Shown here in pieces: positions 14,648 through 24,391 of a stretch of 64,000 nt of DNA. Where the stretch lies: the NCBI GenBank assembly GCA_963834385.1, contig CAWIBO010000005.1, forward strand, positions 640,001-704,000, given 5' to 3'. The notes beneath the pieces were generated by a model, which was given only the letters and a program-made list of their open reading frames with translations, was not told the origin of the DNA and did no database searches. The translations under genes were made by a program, and so were the position numbers. Position 1 is the first letter of the stretch, and each line of letters begins with the position of its first letter. The stretch comes from an uncultured Verrucomicrobiae bacterium. Its GTDB lineage: Bacteria > Verrucomicrobiota > Verrucomicrobiia > Chthoniobacterales > UBA10450.

Positions 14648-15898
14648 TGAAGCGTCTCCGTTACGAAATCGCCGAGAGCTGGAAGATCGCCACGGCCCAG
14701 ATGCGGGCGAACAAGACCCGCTCCGGATTGACCGCCCTCGGCGTCATCATCGGGATTGTCGCCGTGACCCTGATGGGCACCGCCATTACCGGCATCCAGA
14801 AAGGGTTCGATCGCAGCCTGGCCGTGCTCGGAGAAGATGTTCTTTACGTCGACCAATGGCCATGGGCCCCGGTGAGCGACTGGTGGAACTATCGCAACCG
14901 TCGCAAGATCAAAACGGAATATGCCGAGCGCCTGAACCGGCTGATCGACAGCTCGCCCAATTCCGACCTCGTCGTGGCCGTGCCCACCTCCAGCCTGCTC
15001 CGGAGCGTGAAACGCAATGAGTTCCAGGTGAACAACATCTTCATCCTCGGGACCAACGCCGATTTTCTTCTCGTTTCCACGGTCGACTTCGATAAGGGCC
15101 GGTTCTTCAACGAACTGGAGGCGCGCAGCGGCTCCATGGTCTGCGCGATCGGGGCCGATGTCGCCGAAAGCCTTTTTCCAGTTGAGGACCCAATTGGCCA
15201 GAAAGTGCTGATCAACGGGCACGCCTTCAAGGTTATCGGGGTCAACGCCAAGCAGGGCTCGTTTCTTGGGCTCTTCAGCCTCGATTCGCTCGTGGTCATG
15301 CCCCTGCCCGCCTTCAAGAAATATTTCAGCGCCAAATCCGAGGCCGACATCCGCGTGAAGGTGAGGGACAAGACCCGGCTGGCCGAGGCCCGCGACGAGC
15401 TGACCGGCCTGATGCGCCGGGTGCGCGGGCTGCCCGCCGGAAAAGCGAAACGATTTCAACGTGAACGAGCAGCAGGCCTTCAAGAGCACCCTCGACCCGG
15501 TGAAAAACTCGATCGCGCTGGCCGGGCTTTTCATCACCGGCCTCTCCCTTTTCGTCGGCGCCATCGGGATCATGAACATCACCTTTGTCAGCGTGAAGGA
15601 GCGGACCAAGGAGATCGGCACCCGCAAGGCCCTGGGGGCGCGCCGGCGCACCATCATGCTCCAGTTCCTGATCGAGTCGACCGCCCTCTGCATCTTTGGC
15701 GGCCTGGTCGGCCTGGTCCTGGCCTATCTGATGTGTTTCGGCATCGCCCTCGCCTTTCCCTCCTTCCCCGTGCAGTTCTCGATCGCCCTGGTCTTCATCG
15801 GCATGATCGTCTCCGTCGCCACCGGCCTCATCTCGGGCCTGGCCCCGGCCTGGACCGCCTCGCGCCTCGATCCCGTAACGGCTCTGCGTTATGAATAA
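14648..15898 (+). CDS. MacB/FtsX-type ABC permease (apparent +1 indel ~15434)
   Basis: NKTRSGLTALGVIIGI; after the frame change GIMNITFVSVKERTKEIGTRKALGA...LDPVTALRYE. Confidence 0.88.
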
Positions 15899-16380
15899 TG
15901 ATAACCACAGAGACGCAGAGAACACAGAGGTTGAGTTAACACCAAACCAGCTCACCGAGGCCGCGATTGGAGCGGCCATGGCTGTTCATCGTGAGCTTGG
16001 ACCGGGCCTACTTGGAAGGCGTTTACGAGGTCTGTTTCTGTCATGAATTGAAGCTGCGGAACATTCCTTTTGAGCGGCAGAAAAAGCTGCCGATCAATTA
16101 CAAGGGGATAAGGCTGAACGCGGCGCGCCGGACTGACGTTCTTCTCGGCGGGCAGGTGCTGGTAGAGCTCAAGGCCGTTGCCGCAATCCTTCCCGTGCAT
16201 GAAGCGCAACTTCTCACCTATCTCAAGCTGGGAGGCTGGTCTCTTGGCCTTATCATCAACTTCAATGTTGCCCTGTTGAAAGATGGTCTGCGCCGGAAAG
16301 TGTTGGGCTTCCAGGAAGCCGAACCTGCATCCCCTCCGCGCCCTCTGCGTCTCCGCGGTAAAGAAAAAGAGAGAAAATGA
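15891..16380 (+). CDS. GxxExxY protein, PD-(D/E)XK-like fold (+1 indel ~16013 within the GLLEGVY motif)
   Basis: MNNDNHRDAENTE..IGAAMAVHRELGPGLL / EGVYEVCFCHEL..RRTDVLL..VELKA..HEAQLLTYLK..GLIINFN; visibly more AT-rich than its neighbours. Confidence 0.88.
15904..16359. repeat. 27-bp imperfect inverted repeat framing the GxxExxY gene (arms 15904-15930 and 16333-16359)
   Basis: ACCACAGAGACGCAGAGAACACAGAGG vs reverse complement of the right arm ACCGCGGAGACGCAGAGGGCGCGGAGG: 21/27 identical, all differences A/G. Confidence 0.85.
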
Positions 16381-17612
16381 AGTTTGCCGAGATCCTCAAG
16401 ATGGCGCTCGCCTCCCTCGGCGCCAACAAGCTCCGCTCCGGGCTCACCATGACGGGAATCACCATCGGCGTCTTCTCCGTCATCTCGGTCATGACCGCGA
16501 TCGGCGCCCTCCAGAATTCCATTGAGTCGGGCCTGAGCTTTCTCGGCTCCAACATTTTCCAGTTCGCCAAGTATCCGGCCAACTTCAACGCCGGCGGATC
16601 AAATCGCGACAAATACGCCAACCGCGCCAGCATCACCTATCACGAGGCCGTCCGTTACATGGAGCTGATGGAACCCTACGCGCAGGAAATTTGCATCAAG
16701 ACCTTCGATAACGGCAAGCAGGCGGTCTACGGCGGGATCAAAACCACCCCCAGCCTCACCATCGCCGGGACCAACAAAAGTTTCACCACCGCCAACGCCT
16801 ATACCCTGGCCGAAGGGCGCAACCTGAACGATGAGGACATCGCCTTCTCCCGTCGCGTCCTCGTGATCGGCGATCGCATCGCCAAAATTCTTTTCCCGAA
16901 CGAAACGCCGGTCGGCAAGGAGATGAAACTGAGCGGCCATACCTTCACCGTCGTCGGGGTCTTTGCCGAGAAAGGCAGCGCCTTCGGCCAGAGCCAGGAC
17001 GACATCGCCATCATGCCGATCACGCGCTTCTTCGAGAATTTCGGCTCGGCCAATCGCACCATCAACATCGCCACCCAGGCCGCTTCCCAGCAGGTTTACA
17101 ATCGCACCTTTGACCGCGCCATCGGCGCCATGCGCACCGTGCGCGGCCTGCGCGCCGAGGAACCGAACGATTTCGAGATCTACACCAACGATTCCCTCAA
17201 GAGCGCCTTTGTCTCCGTCGCCGGCGTCGTCAGCATCGGCGCCTTTGTCGTCAGCTTCATCGCCCTCGTCGCCGCCGGCGTCGGGATCATGAACATCATG
17301 CTCGTCAGCGTGACGGAGCGGACCAAGGAGATCGGCATCCGCAAGTCCATCGGCGCCCGCCGGCAGGATGTCCTGCGCCAGTTCCTTACCGAGGCTGTTT
17401 TCATCTCGGAAGCGGGCGGTATCCTCGGAATCCTCCTCGGGATCGGCGCGGGCAATGTCATCGCCAGCCTGCTCAAGGCCGAGATGATCTTCCCATTTGG
17501 CTGGGCTTTGGCCGGACTGGTGGTTTGTTCCGGAATCGGGATTGTGTTCGGCTTTTACCCGGCCTACCGGGCGGCCAACCTCGACCCGATCGAGGCCCTT
17601 CGGTTCGAATAA
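16377..17612 (+). CDS. MacB/FtsX-type ABC permease
   Basis: NKLRSGLTMTGITIG, GIMNIMLVSVTERTKEIGIRKSIGA, LDPIEALRFE. Confidence 0.92.
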   Translation: MKFAEILKMALASLGANKLRSGLTMTGITIGVFSVISVMTAIGALQNSIESGLSFLGSNIFQFAKYPANFNAGGSNRDKYANRASITYHEAVRYMELMEPYAQEICIKTFDNGKQAVYGGIKTTPSLTIAGTNKSFTTANAYTLAEGRNLNDEDIAFSRRVLVIGDRIAKILFPNETPVGKEMKLSGHTFTVVGVFAEKGSAFGQSQDDIAIMPITRFFENFGSANRTINIATQAASQQVYNRTFDRAIGAMRTVRGLRAEEPNDFEIYTNDSLKSAFVSVAGVVSIGAFVVSFIALVAAGVGIMNIMLVSVTERTKEIGIRKSIGARRQDVLRQFLTEAVFISEAGGILGILLGIGAGNVIASLLKAEMIFPFGWALAGLVVCSGIGIVFGFYPAYRAANLDPIEALRFE

Positions 17613-17718
17613 CCGGCCGGGAAAGGGTTTCCCGAGCCCGAAACAAGGGCATTTTGCAGGGGGAAACCTTTGACAGACCCCCTCGAATTGTCATTCCTTT
17701 ATTCTAGCTATTATAGTT

Positions 17719-19764
17719 GTGCCAGAAACCCCCAAAAGTACGGCCCCACCCGGCGCGCCCCCCGCTATTCTTGTCGTCGAGGAATATGGCGCCCTCGCCG
17801 CCGCCATCGGTTCCGCTCTCAAGAAGTTCGCGCCCCATCACCGCGTCTGCCTCGCCGATTCCCTTGCCGAGGCCACCGCCCACGCCAGTTCCATCCAGCC
17901 CATCCTCTTCATCGTCGACGCTGACCCGCCGCACCCGGGCGCCATCACGTTCCTGAACCAGATGAGCCGGGAGCATCCCGGGGCGCGGATGCTGGTTATC
18001 GCCGCCTCGCTCGGGCGTGATCTCATGGACGAGATTGGGGCGGCCGGCGCCCTCCAGTTCATCGAAAAACCGTTCGAGCTGGCCGATTTCGGCGCCAGCG
18101 TGCAGGCCCTCCTGGGACCGTGGCAGGCCAGCGCTCGCCGGGCCCGCGGGACCCTGGAGAACCTGCAATTGCAGGACATCGCCCACCTGATGTGCGTCTC
18201 GCGCGCCACCGGCGTGATTGAGGCGGTCGGACGGGACCGCAAAAAGGGGGAGGTGCATGTGCGGGAAGGGCAGATCGTGCACGCCGCCACCTCCGGCCTT
18301 GTCGGGCAGGAAGCGCTCCAGGCCTTGCTCTGCTGGCGGGGAGCGCGCCTGCGCGAACGCGATCTTTCGCCGGCCGGCCCCCAGACCATCACGCTTCCGT
18401 GGCGCCATGTCCTCCTGCAGGGCTTGCGCTACGCCAAGGCCGCCACGGCCGAGGAAGCGGACGAGGAACTGCCGCCCGCGGCGCCCCCGGCCGCCAAGCC
18501 CGCCCCGGCGCCGAAAGAGGGGCGAAAGGTTGTGGTGATCGACGATACCGACATGCTCCGCATCTTTGTGGAGGATCTTCTTTCCACCCTCGATCCCGCG
18601 CTTCAAATCACCACCGCCCCCAACGGGGCGGAAGGCGTCCGGACGGTCGGGGAGATTCTGCCCGACCTCGTGGCCCTCGATTACAGCCTGCCGGATTTCA
18701 ATGGCGATGAAGTCTGCCGCCGCCTTCTCGCCGAGGAACGAACCGCCCGGATTCCGATCGTGATGATGTCAGGACACGTGCCGCAGATGAATGCGACCGC
18801 TGCCAAGTATCCGAACGTCATCGCCTCCATCGCCAAGCCGTTCCATTCGGAACAATTCATCCCGGTGATGGAAAAGGCGCTCCGGTCCGGCCCGATTGAT
18901 CCGGCCCGTCTGGCGGAGACACGCCCGCCGCCCGCGATCGAGCCTCCTCCCGCGCCCGCCCCGCCGCCTGCGGTCGAGCGGCGCGAACCACCGCCAGCCC
19001 CGCCGGAACCCCCGCCCGCCCCTGCCAGCCGCACGGCGCCCGCCCCTTCCCATGCCGTCACCGCGATTTCTCCTCTGCCGGCTGAAGCGGAAGCGTTCCC
19101 CCCGCGCGGAATGCAGCCCGGGGTGGTGCCTCCACCCAGTCCTTCCGTAACCCCGGCCACCCGCGTCTCCGCCCCGGGAGGCCGCGCCGTCAGCGGTGAT
19201 CACAGCGAAGTGGTGCTCGGCCTCGCTCTCGAGGTCCTTTCCATGGAACTGACGCCGCATCTGCGCATCGGCAGCATCCGCGCGCGCCCGGCGGCACAGG
19301 ACATCGCCCTGCGTTTCCTTTCCAACAGCATGCTCGGCGGCATCCCGGCGGAAACACGCTTTGAGCTGGGACCCATCGAGCTGGATCAGGAGGGGCGCAT
19401 CGCCACGATCCGCGTCATTCCGACGCAGAAGACCATCACCCTGCCGTCGCCGCGCCTGGCTTTCGCCATCTCCGACCTCTCCGTCATCCCGGCCAACTCG
19501 CATAACCACGTCAAGATCATGTCGGCCCCGACCGCGCCCATGACCATGCAGCTGGTGGCGCATTTCGAGTTGGAGGCGGTCGAGCTTTCGCCCGGATTCC
19601 AGATTGCCGCCCTCGCCCTGCAGGGAGATCACGACGCCGTTCGCGTCACCTTGGAGGGGAAGACCCTGACCTCGGAGGAGAACGCGACCGATTTCCGGAT
19701 CACCCAGGTGGAGCTGGACGGGCTTTCCCGGATCGCGGCGCTGCAGTTGACCGCGAAGACCTAG
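17719..19764 (+). CDS. Multi-domain response regulator: atypical REC, DUF4388/PatA-like, REC, Pro-rich linker, repeated C-terminal domain
   Basis: VVEE..FIEKPF; GTLENLQLQDI..GEVHVREGQIVHA; VVIDD..LDYSLPDFNG..MSG..IAKPF. Confidence 0.8.
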   Translation: MPETPKSTAPPGAPPAILVVEEYGALAAAIGSALKKFAPHHRVCLADSLAEATAHASSIQPILFIVDADPPHPGAITFLNQMSREHPGARMLVIAASLGRDLMDEIGAAGALQFIEKPFELADFGASVQALLGPWQASARRARGTLENLQLQDIAHLMCVSRATGVIEAVGRDRKKGEVHVREGQIVHAATSGLVGQEALQALLCWRGARLRERDLSPAGPQTITLPWRHVLLQGLRYAKAATAEEADEELPPAAPPAAKPAPAPKEGRKVVVIDDTDMLRIFVEDLLSTLDPALQITTAPNGAEGVRTVGEILPDLVALDYSLPDFNGDEVCRRLLAEERTARIPIVMMSGHVPQMNATAAKYPNVIASIAKPFHSEQFIPVMEKALRSGPIDPARLAETRPPPAIEPPPAPAPPPAVERREPPPAPPEPPPAPASRTAPAPSHAVTAISPLPAEAEAFPPRGMQPGVVPPPSPSVTPATRVSAPGGRAVSGDHSEVVLGLALEVLSMELTPHLRIGSIRARPAAQDIALRFLSNSMLGGIPAETRFELGPIELDQEGRIATIRVIPTQKTITLPSPRLAFAISDLSVIPANSHNHVKIMSAPTAPMTMQLVAHFELEAVELSPGFQIAALALQGDHDAVRVTLEGKTLTSEENATDFRITQVELDGLSRIAALQLTAKT

Positions 19765-20006
19765 CCCTGCTGGTGCCGGGCCAGGAAGGGGTCCAGCTCT
19801 TCCACGCCGAAGTTGGCCAGGACATCGCCGTCCCAGAGCAGCGTCGGTGTCTTTTGTTGTCCGGAAATGCGCGCCAGTTCTTTCATCCCGGCGGGATCAC
19901 CCCGGACTTCCCATTCCTTGTAGGCCACGCCGCGCTCATCGAGCGCCGCCGTGGCGGCATGGCAATACGGGCATCCCTTTTTCACAAACAGCGTTGGCTT
20001 TTCCAT
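19761..20006 (-). CDS. Glutaredoxin-family protein
   Basis: CPYC, SGQQKTPTL. Confidence 0.85.
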   Translation of the reverse strand: MEKPTLFVKKGCPYCHAATAALDERGVAYKEWEVRGDPAGMKELARISGQQKTPTLLWDGDVLANFGVEELDPFLARHQQG

Positions 20007-20051
20007 CAAGGGGTAATCGCACCTGCGCGCCCGACTGCGGGCATGACGCCG

Positions 20052-21347
20052 CTATTCCAGGCCCAGTGCCTGGAACGTTTCATCCACATGCCGGAAGTGG
20101 ACCTCGAGGGAGCAGAGCCGGTCAATCTCCGCGGCGGAAAGAAGCCGCGTGATCTCCGGCTCGGCTTTGGCGTTGGCGGCGAAAGCCTCGGGCCCTTCCC
20201 AGGTTTTCATGGCCGCGCGCTGTACCGCCTCATAGGCGGCCTTGCGCTCCGCGCCCTTTTCCGTCAGGGCGAGCAGAATCGACTGGCTGAAATAGAGGCC
20301 GCGGGTGGTCTCCATGTTGCGCCGCATGTTCTCGGGGTAAACCTGCAGCGTTTCCACCAGCTCCCGCAGTTTCACCAGCATGTAATCCATGAGCGTGCAG
20401 GAATCAGGCAGGATGATCCGTTCCACACTGGAGTGGCTGATGTCGCGCTCGTGCCAGAGCGCGACGTTTTCCAGCGCCGCGACGGCATGGCCGCGAATGA
20501 CCCGGGCGAGCCCGCTCAGGCGCTCGCCCGTGATCGGATTGCGCTTGTGCGGCATGGCCGAACTCCCCTTCTGCCCTTTCGCAAAAAACTCCTCCACCTC
20601 CAGGACCTCGGTCCGCTGCAAATGCCGGAACTCGGTCGCCCAGCGATCAATGCTCGAGGCGATCAGGGCCAGCGTGGTCATGAACTCGGCATGCCGGTCG
20701 CGCTGGATCACCTGGGTGGAAATGGTGGCCGCCTTTAATCCCAGCTTCTCGCAGACCTGCCGCTCAATTCGGGGATCCAAGTGGGCATGCGTGCCCACCG
20801 CGCCACTCAGTTTGCCCACCCGGATCCGCTCGCTCATGTCGGTCAGGCGCGCTTCCGCCCGGCCGAATTCGTCGAACATCAGGGCGAGCTTCAGCCCAAA
20901 CGTCACCGGCTCGGCATGGATCCCGTGGCTGCGACCGATCATGGGCGTCATCTTAAACTCGCGCGCCCGGCGGCCGATCACGACCCGGAGTTCGCGCAGG
21001 TCATGCGCCAGGATTTTGGTCGCCTCGGTTAATTGCACCGCCAGGGTCGTGTCGAGAACATCCGACGAGGTCAGCCCCTGATGAATCCAGCGCGCGGCTG
21101 GTCCGACGTAGCCCGCCACGTTTTCGAGGAAGGCGATGACATCGTGGTTCGTCCGTTTCTCGATCTCAAGGATCTCGGACACGGAAAATTTGCCTTTTTC
21201 CCGGATCGTTTGCGCGTCTTTCTTCGGAATTTGCCCAAGGGCGGCCATGGCTTCGCAGGCAAGGGTTTCAATCTCGAGCCAAATCTGGAACTTGCGTTCA
21301 TCCGACCAGAGCGCGCGCATGGCCGGCCGGGAATAGCGATCGATCAC
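20052..21347 (-). CDS. purB: Adenylosuccinate lyase
   Basis: HDVIAF, GRSHGIHAEP, GSSAMPHKRNP, ERDISHSSVER. Confidence 0.96.
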   Translation of the reverse strand: MIDRYSRPAMRALWSDERKFQIWLEIETLACEAMAALGQIPKKDAQTIREKGKFSVSEILEIEKRTNHDVIAFLENVAGYVGPAARWIHQGLTSSDVLDTTLAVQLTEATKILAHDLRELRVVIGRRAREFKMTPMIGRSHGIHAEPVTFGLKLALMFDEFGRAEARLTDMSERIRVGKLSGAVGTHAHLDPRIERQVCEKLGLKAATISTQVIQRDRHAEFMTTLALIASSIDRWATEFRHLQRTEVLEVEEFFAKGQKGSSAMPHKRNPITGERLSGLARVIRGHAVAALENVALWHERDISHSSVERIILPDSCTLMDYMLVKLRELVETLQVYPENMRRNMETTRGLYFSQSILLALTEKGAERKAAYEAVQRAAMKTWEGPEAFAANAKAEPEITRLLSAAEIDRLCSLEVHFRHVDETFQALGLE

Positions 21348-21481
21348 GCGGACAGAATAGGAAGCAACTTGAGGCCGGAAAGAGTTTTCTTGGCTGCCGG
21401 AATTTCCCGGGCGGCGAGGGAATCGCGCAGGCCGGGAAAATCCCGACCCATCTCCGGCGGGTCCCGTGGCGTTTCCGGGAC

Positions 21482-21527
21482 AAAAAGACGGCGCCGCTCA
21501 GACGCACAAAGCGTCCGAGCGGCGCCG
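21482..21527 (-). terminator. Intrinsic terminator after the 58-aa gene
   Basis: Minus strand: CGGCGCCGCTCGGACGC-TTTGT-GCGTCTGAGCGGCGCCG followed by TCTTTTT. Confidence 0.8.
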
Positions 21528-21555
21528 GAAATTGATTTGGCTGGTGAGCCCGCCC

Positions 21556-21732
21556 TTAGCAGACCTTGGCGCGGGTGAAGCGGCCGTTGTTCTCCAGCTT
21601 CACTTGTCCGCTGCCCAGGAGGTCGGCCACGGCGGCCACGGTTTCCTTGGTGCTCTTGGTGCAGGAGCTGACCGCGAGGATCAGGTCACCCAGGGAGAGA
21701 GTCTGGCGGGGCTTAAGGATTTGTTTGTTCAT
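21556..21732 (-). CDS. Small hypothetical protein, 58 aa (not in the ORF track)
   Basis: MNKQILKPRQTLSLGDLILAVSSCTKSTKETVAAVADLLGSGQVKLENNGRFTRAKVC*; GC3-rich codons; has its own promoter and terminator. Confidence 0.8.
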   Translation of the reverse strand: MNKQILKPRQTLSLGDLILAVSSCTKSTKETVAAVADLLGSGQVKLENNGRFTRAKVC

Positions 21733-21762
21733 GGGATGTAGAGGTTGGTTGGTGCTTTTTAG

Positions 21763-21779
21763 AGCAGATTAGGTGCCAA
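21763..21779 (-). promoter_or_regulatory. Sigma54 (-24/-12) promoter candidate
   Basis: TTGGCAC-CTAAT-CTGCT with canonical GG-N10-GC spacing, 30 nt before the ATG. Confidence 0.65.
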
Positions 21780-21862
21780 CTACCTCTGTTCGACAGGGGC
21801 GAGGGGTTTATGTTCAAACGCGACCCGCTTCTTCGCCACCCGGTGTCAGCCCAGGCACCACA

Positions 21863-21883
21863 AGTGTAACGTTTATTTACACT
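21863..21883. promoter_or_regulatory. Palindromic operator / candidate enhancer site
   Basis: AGTGTAA-N7-TTACACT perfect inverted repeat about 85-105 bp upstream of the -24 box. Confidence 0.5.
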
Positions 21884-21889
21884 CCGGTG

Positions 21890-22531
21890 TCAGGGACGTG
21901 ACTGCCGGGGGCCCCTTTTCATCAGTCTGGTGGTCAGAATGTAAAGGCCGATGAACAGCACAACGATCAAGGCCACCCAGTGCGAATCCGCCTTCATGTA
22001 GTTCACCAGGCCGGCGGGGTCGGAAAGAAGATCGGGCTGTTTCCGGTAAGCCCGGTCCCCCATGTAGGCCAGGATGTAGCACCAGATCGCAGAGCCCGTC
22101 ACGGTCATCACACTGAAAGAAACGAAGTTCATCCGGACAATCCCGGCCGGGATGGAAATCAGATGCCGGACCACCGGCAGAAGGCGGGCGAAAAAGATGC
22201 CGGCCGCCCCGTATTGGCGCACCCAGGCCTCCGCCTTGGTCACTTTTGACTCACCGATGAAAAAATATTTGCCGTAGCGCAGGACAAAGGGCCTCCCCAG
22301 CGCCAGGGCCACGCCGTAGGTGATGGCCGAGCCCAGATACGAACCGAGCGTCCCGGCCGCGACCACACCCCAGAAGTTGAGATGGCCCTGCGCGGCCAGG
22401 AAGGCGGCCGGCGGAATCACCACTTCGCTTGGCACCGGGAAGATCGAACTCTCCATGGCCATGAGAACGATGATGCCGAGGTAACCCCAGCTCTGCACCC
22501 AGCCGAACCAAATTTCGAGAAGTTGCTGCAT
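21890..22531 (-). CDS. DedA-family membrane protein
   Basis: ESSIFPVPSEVVIPPA, FFARLLPVVRHLISIPAG. Confidence 0.92.
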   Translation of the reverse strand: MQQLLEIWFGWVQSWGYLGIIVLMAMESSIFPVPSEVVIPPAAFLAAQGHLNFWGVVAAGTLGSYLGSAITYGVALALGRPFVLRYGKYFFIGESKVTKAEAWVRQYGAAGIFFARLLPVVRHLISIPAGIVRMNFVSFSVMTVTGSAIWCYILAYMGDRAYRKQPDLLSDPAGLVNYMKADSHWVALIVVLFIGLYILTTRLMKRGPRQSRP

Positions 22532-22624
22532 CTTAAGTTGTCAGATTGCCTTTCACAGAATTAGCCTGCTCATCCCGCAGTCGCGCCGGTAGTTCAATCT
22601 GAAATCGCCGCGTTGCAACCCACA

Positions 22625-24391
22625 ATGTCGATCTACCGTCGCGTTCTCCAGTATTACCGCCCTTATCTCCCGCAAACCCTGGGCGGCCTTCTCCTTGTCC
22701 TCCTCGGCATCGGGCTCAGCCTGCTCAAGCCGTGGCCTTTCAAAATCATCGTCGACCACATCCTCCCGGGGCGCCCGCCGGACTGGCTGCCGCCCCATCT
22801 CCCGCTTGCGGTCCTCGTCCTCTGCGCCGGGCTGGTCGTCATCCAGCTTCTCTGGGGCCTGGTCAATCTCGCGACCAACCTCCTGTTCGTCCGCATCGGC
22901 CTCCAGACTCTGCTCCGCCTGCGGACCGAGATTTACGCCACCCTGCAGTCGCTCTCCTTCAAATACCACGATGCCCGGCGCTCCAGTGATTCCAGCTTCC
23001 GCGTCGCCTACGATTCGCAGTCGATCCAGACCATGTATAACAAGGGGCTCACCGCCATTTTTGGCTCGGTCGTCACCCTGTTCGGCACTTTCGCCGTCAT
23101 GGTCGTGATCGACTGGCAGCTCACTCTCCTCTCCCTCGCGATCGTCCCCGCGATCATTTTCGCGATTTATTTTTTCGCGAGCCGGATCCGGGCGCAATCC
23201 ACCTCGATCCAGGAAGAGGAAAGCGCCGTCCTGGCCCAGGCGCAGGAGGGCTTGAGCTCCATCCGCATGGTGCACGCCTTCGGCCGCGAGGAATACGAGG
23301 TCAGGCAGTTCGAGACCCGGGCCGCGCACAGCCTGCGGGCCAACCTTCGCCTGACGCTGACCAATGTGCAGAGCGCCCTCGTCATCAGCACGCTCATGGT
23401 CCTCGGCACGGCGGCGATGTACTACGTCGGCACGCTGCACGTCCTGGACGGAACGCTCACCCTCGGTTCGCTCCTCGTCTTCAGCGCCTACCTGCTCATG
23501 CTTTACCAGCCGCTGGAAGCCCTCACCTACACCGCCTGGGCCCTGGAGGGCGCGGCCGCCGGCGCGCAGCGCTGCTTCGAGGTGCTCGACAGCCAGAAGG
23601 ACGTGGCCGACGCACCCGACGCCCGCGAACTCACGGACGCGCGCGGCCCCATTGCCTTTGAACAGGTCACCTTTGGCTACGGCGAAGGCGCGCCGGTCCT
23701 GCGCGGGATCGACCTCGAGATTGCGCCCGGCCGCACCATCGCATTCGTCGGCGGCACCGGGGCCGGGAAAAGCACGCTCCTCAGCCTTGTGCCCCGCTTT
23801 TATGATCCCGATGGCGGCGCGGTCAAAATTTCCGGGCACGATCTCCGGACGATCACGAAGAAGTCGTTGCGCTCCGAGATCGCGATCGTCCTGCAGGACA
23901 CGCTCCTGTTTTCCACCACCGTGCGCGAGAACATCGCCTATGGGCGGCCGGAGGCGACCGCGGAGGAAATTCGTGAAGCGGCCCGCCGGGCCCAGGCCGA
24001 CGATTTCATCTCGCGTCTGCCCGGCGGATACGACAGCCCGGTGGGCGAACGCGGCGGTCACCTGAGTGTGGGACAACGCCAGCGCATCGGGATCGCGCGC
24101 GCCTTTCTCAAGGACGCGCCCATTCTTCTCCTGGATGAACCAACTTCTGCGCTCGACCCGCGCACCGAGTCGGCCATTATGGAGACAATCCGCACACTTA
24201 TGGTCGGTCGCACCACCCTCATCGTCACCCACCGCATCGCGACCGTTCACGCGGTTGAACGCATCGTCGTGCTCGAGGGCGGCGTGATCGCAGAAAGCGG
24301 GACGGGGCCCGAGCTGCTGGACCGCGGCGGACTTTATGCCGGGCTTTATCAAGCCGCCAACCTGCCGGCCAACCCCTCTTTTCGCCCATGA
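22625..24391 (+). CDS. ABC exporter, fused TMD-NBD (MsbA-like)
   Basis: TM helices then GGTGAGKST, LSVGQRQR, LDEPTSALD. Confidence 0.9.
   Translation: MSIYRRVLQYYRPYLPQTLGGLLLVLLGIGLSLLKPWPFKIIVDHILPGRPPDWLPPHLPLAVLVLCAGLVVIQLLWGLVNLATNLLFVRIGLQTLLRLRTEIYATLQSLSFKYHDARRSSDSSFRVAYDSQSIQTMYNKGLTAIFGSVVTLFGTFAVMVVIDWQLTLLSLAIVPAIIFAIYFFASRIRAQSTSIQEEESAVLAQAQEGLSSIRMVHAFGREEYEVRQFETRAAHSLRANLRLTLTNVQSALVISTLMVLGTAAMYYVGTLHVLDGTLTLGSLLVFSAYLLMLYQPLEALTYTAWALEGAAAGAQRCFEVLDSQKDVADAPDARELTDARGPIAFEQVTFGYGEGAPVLRGIDLEIAPGRTIAFVGGTGAGKSTLLSLVPRFYDPDGGAVKISGHDLRTITKKSLRSEIAIVLQDTLLFSTTVRENIAYGRPEATAEEIREAARRAQADDFISRLPGGYDSPVGERGGHLSVGQRQRIGIARAFLKDAPILLLDEPTSALDPRTESAIMETIRTLMVGRTTLIVTHRIATVHAVERIVVLEGGVIAESGTGPELLDRGGLYAGLYQAANLPANPSFRP

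Noticed and set aside
21399..21443. Inverted repeat upstream of purB as a riboswitch
   Set aside because: It lies upstream of the apparent leaderless -10, shows no known aptamer motif, and short stems are common at this GC content.
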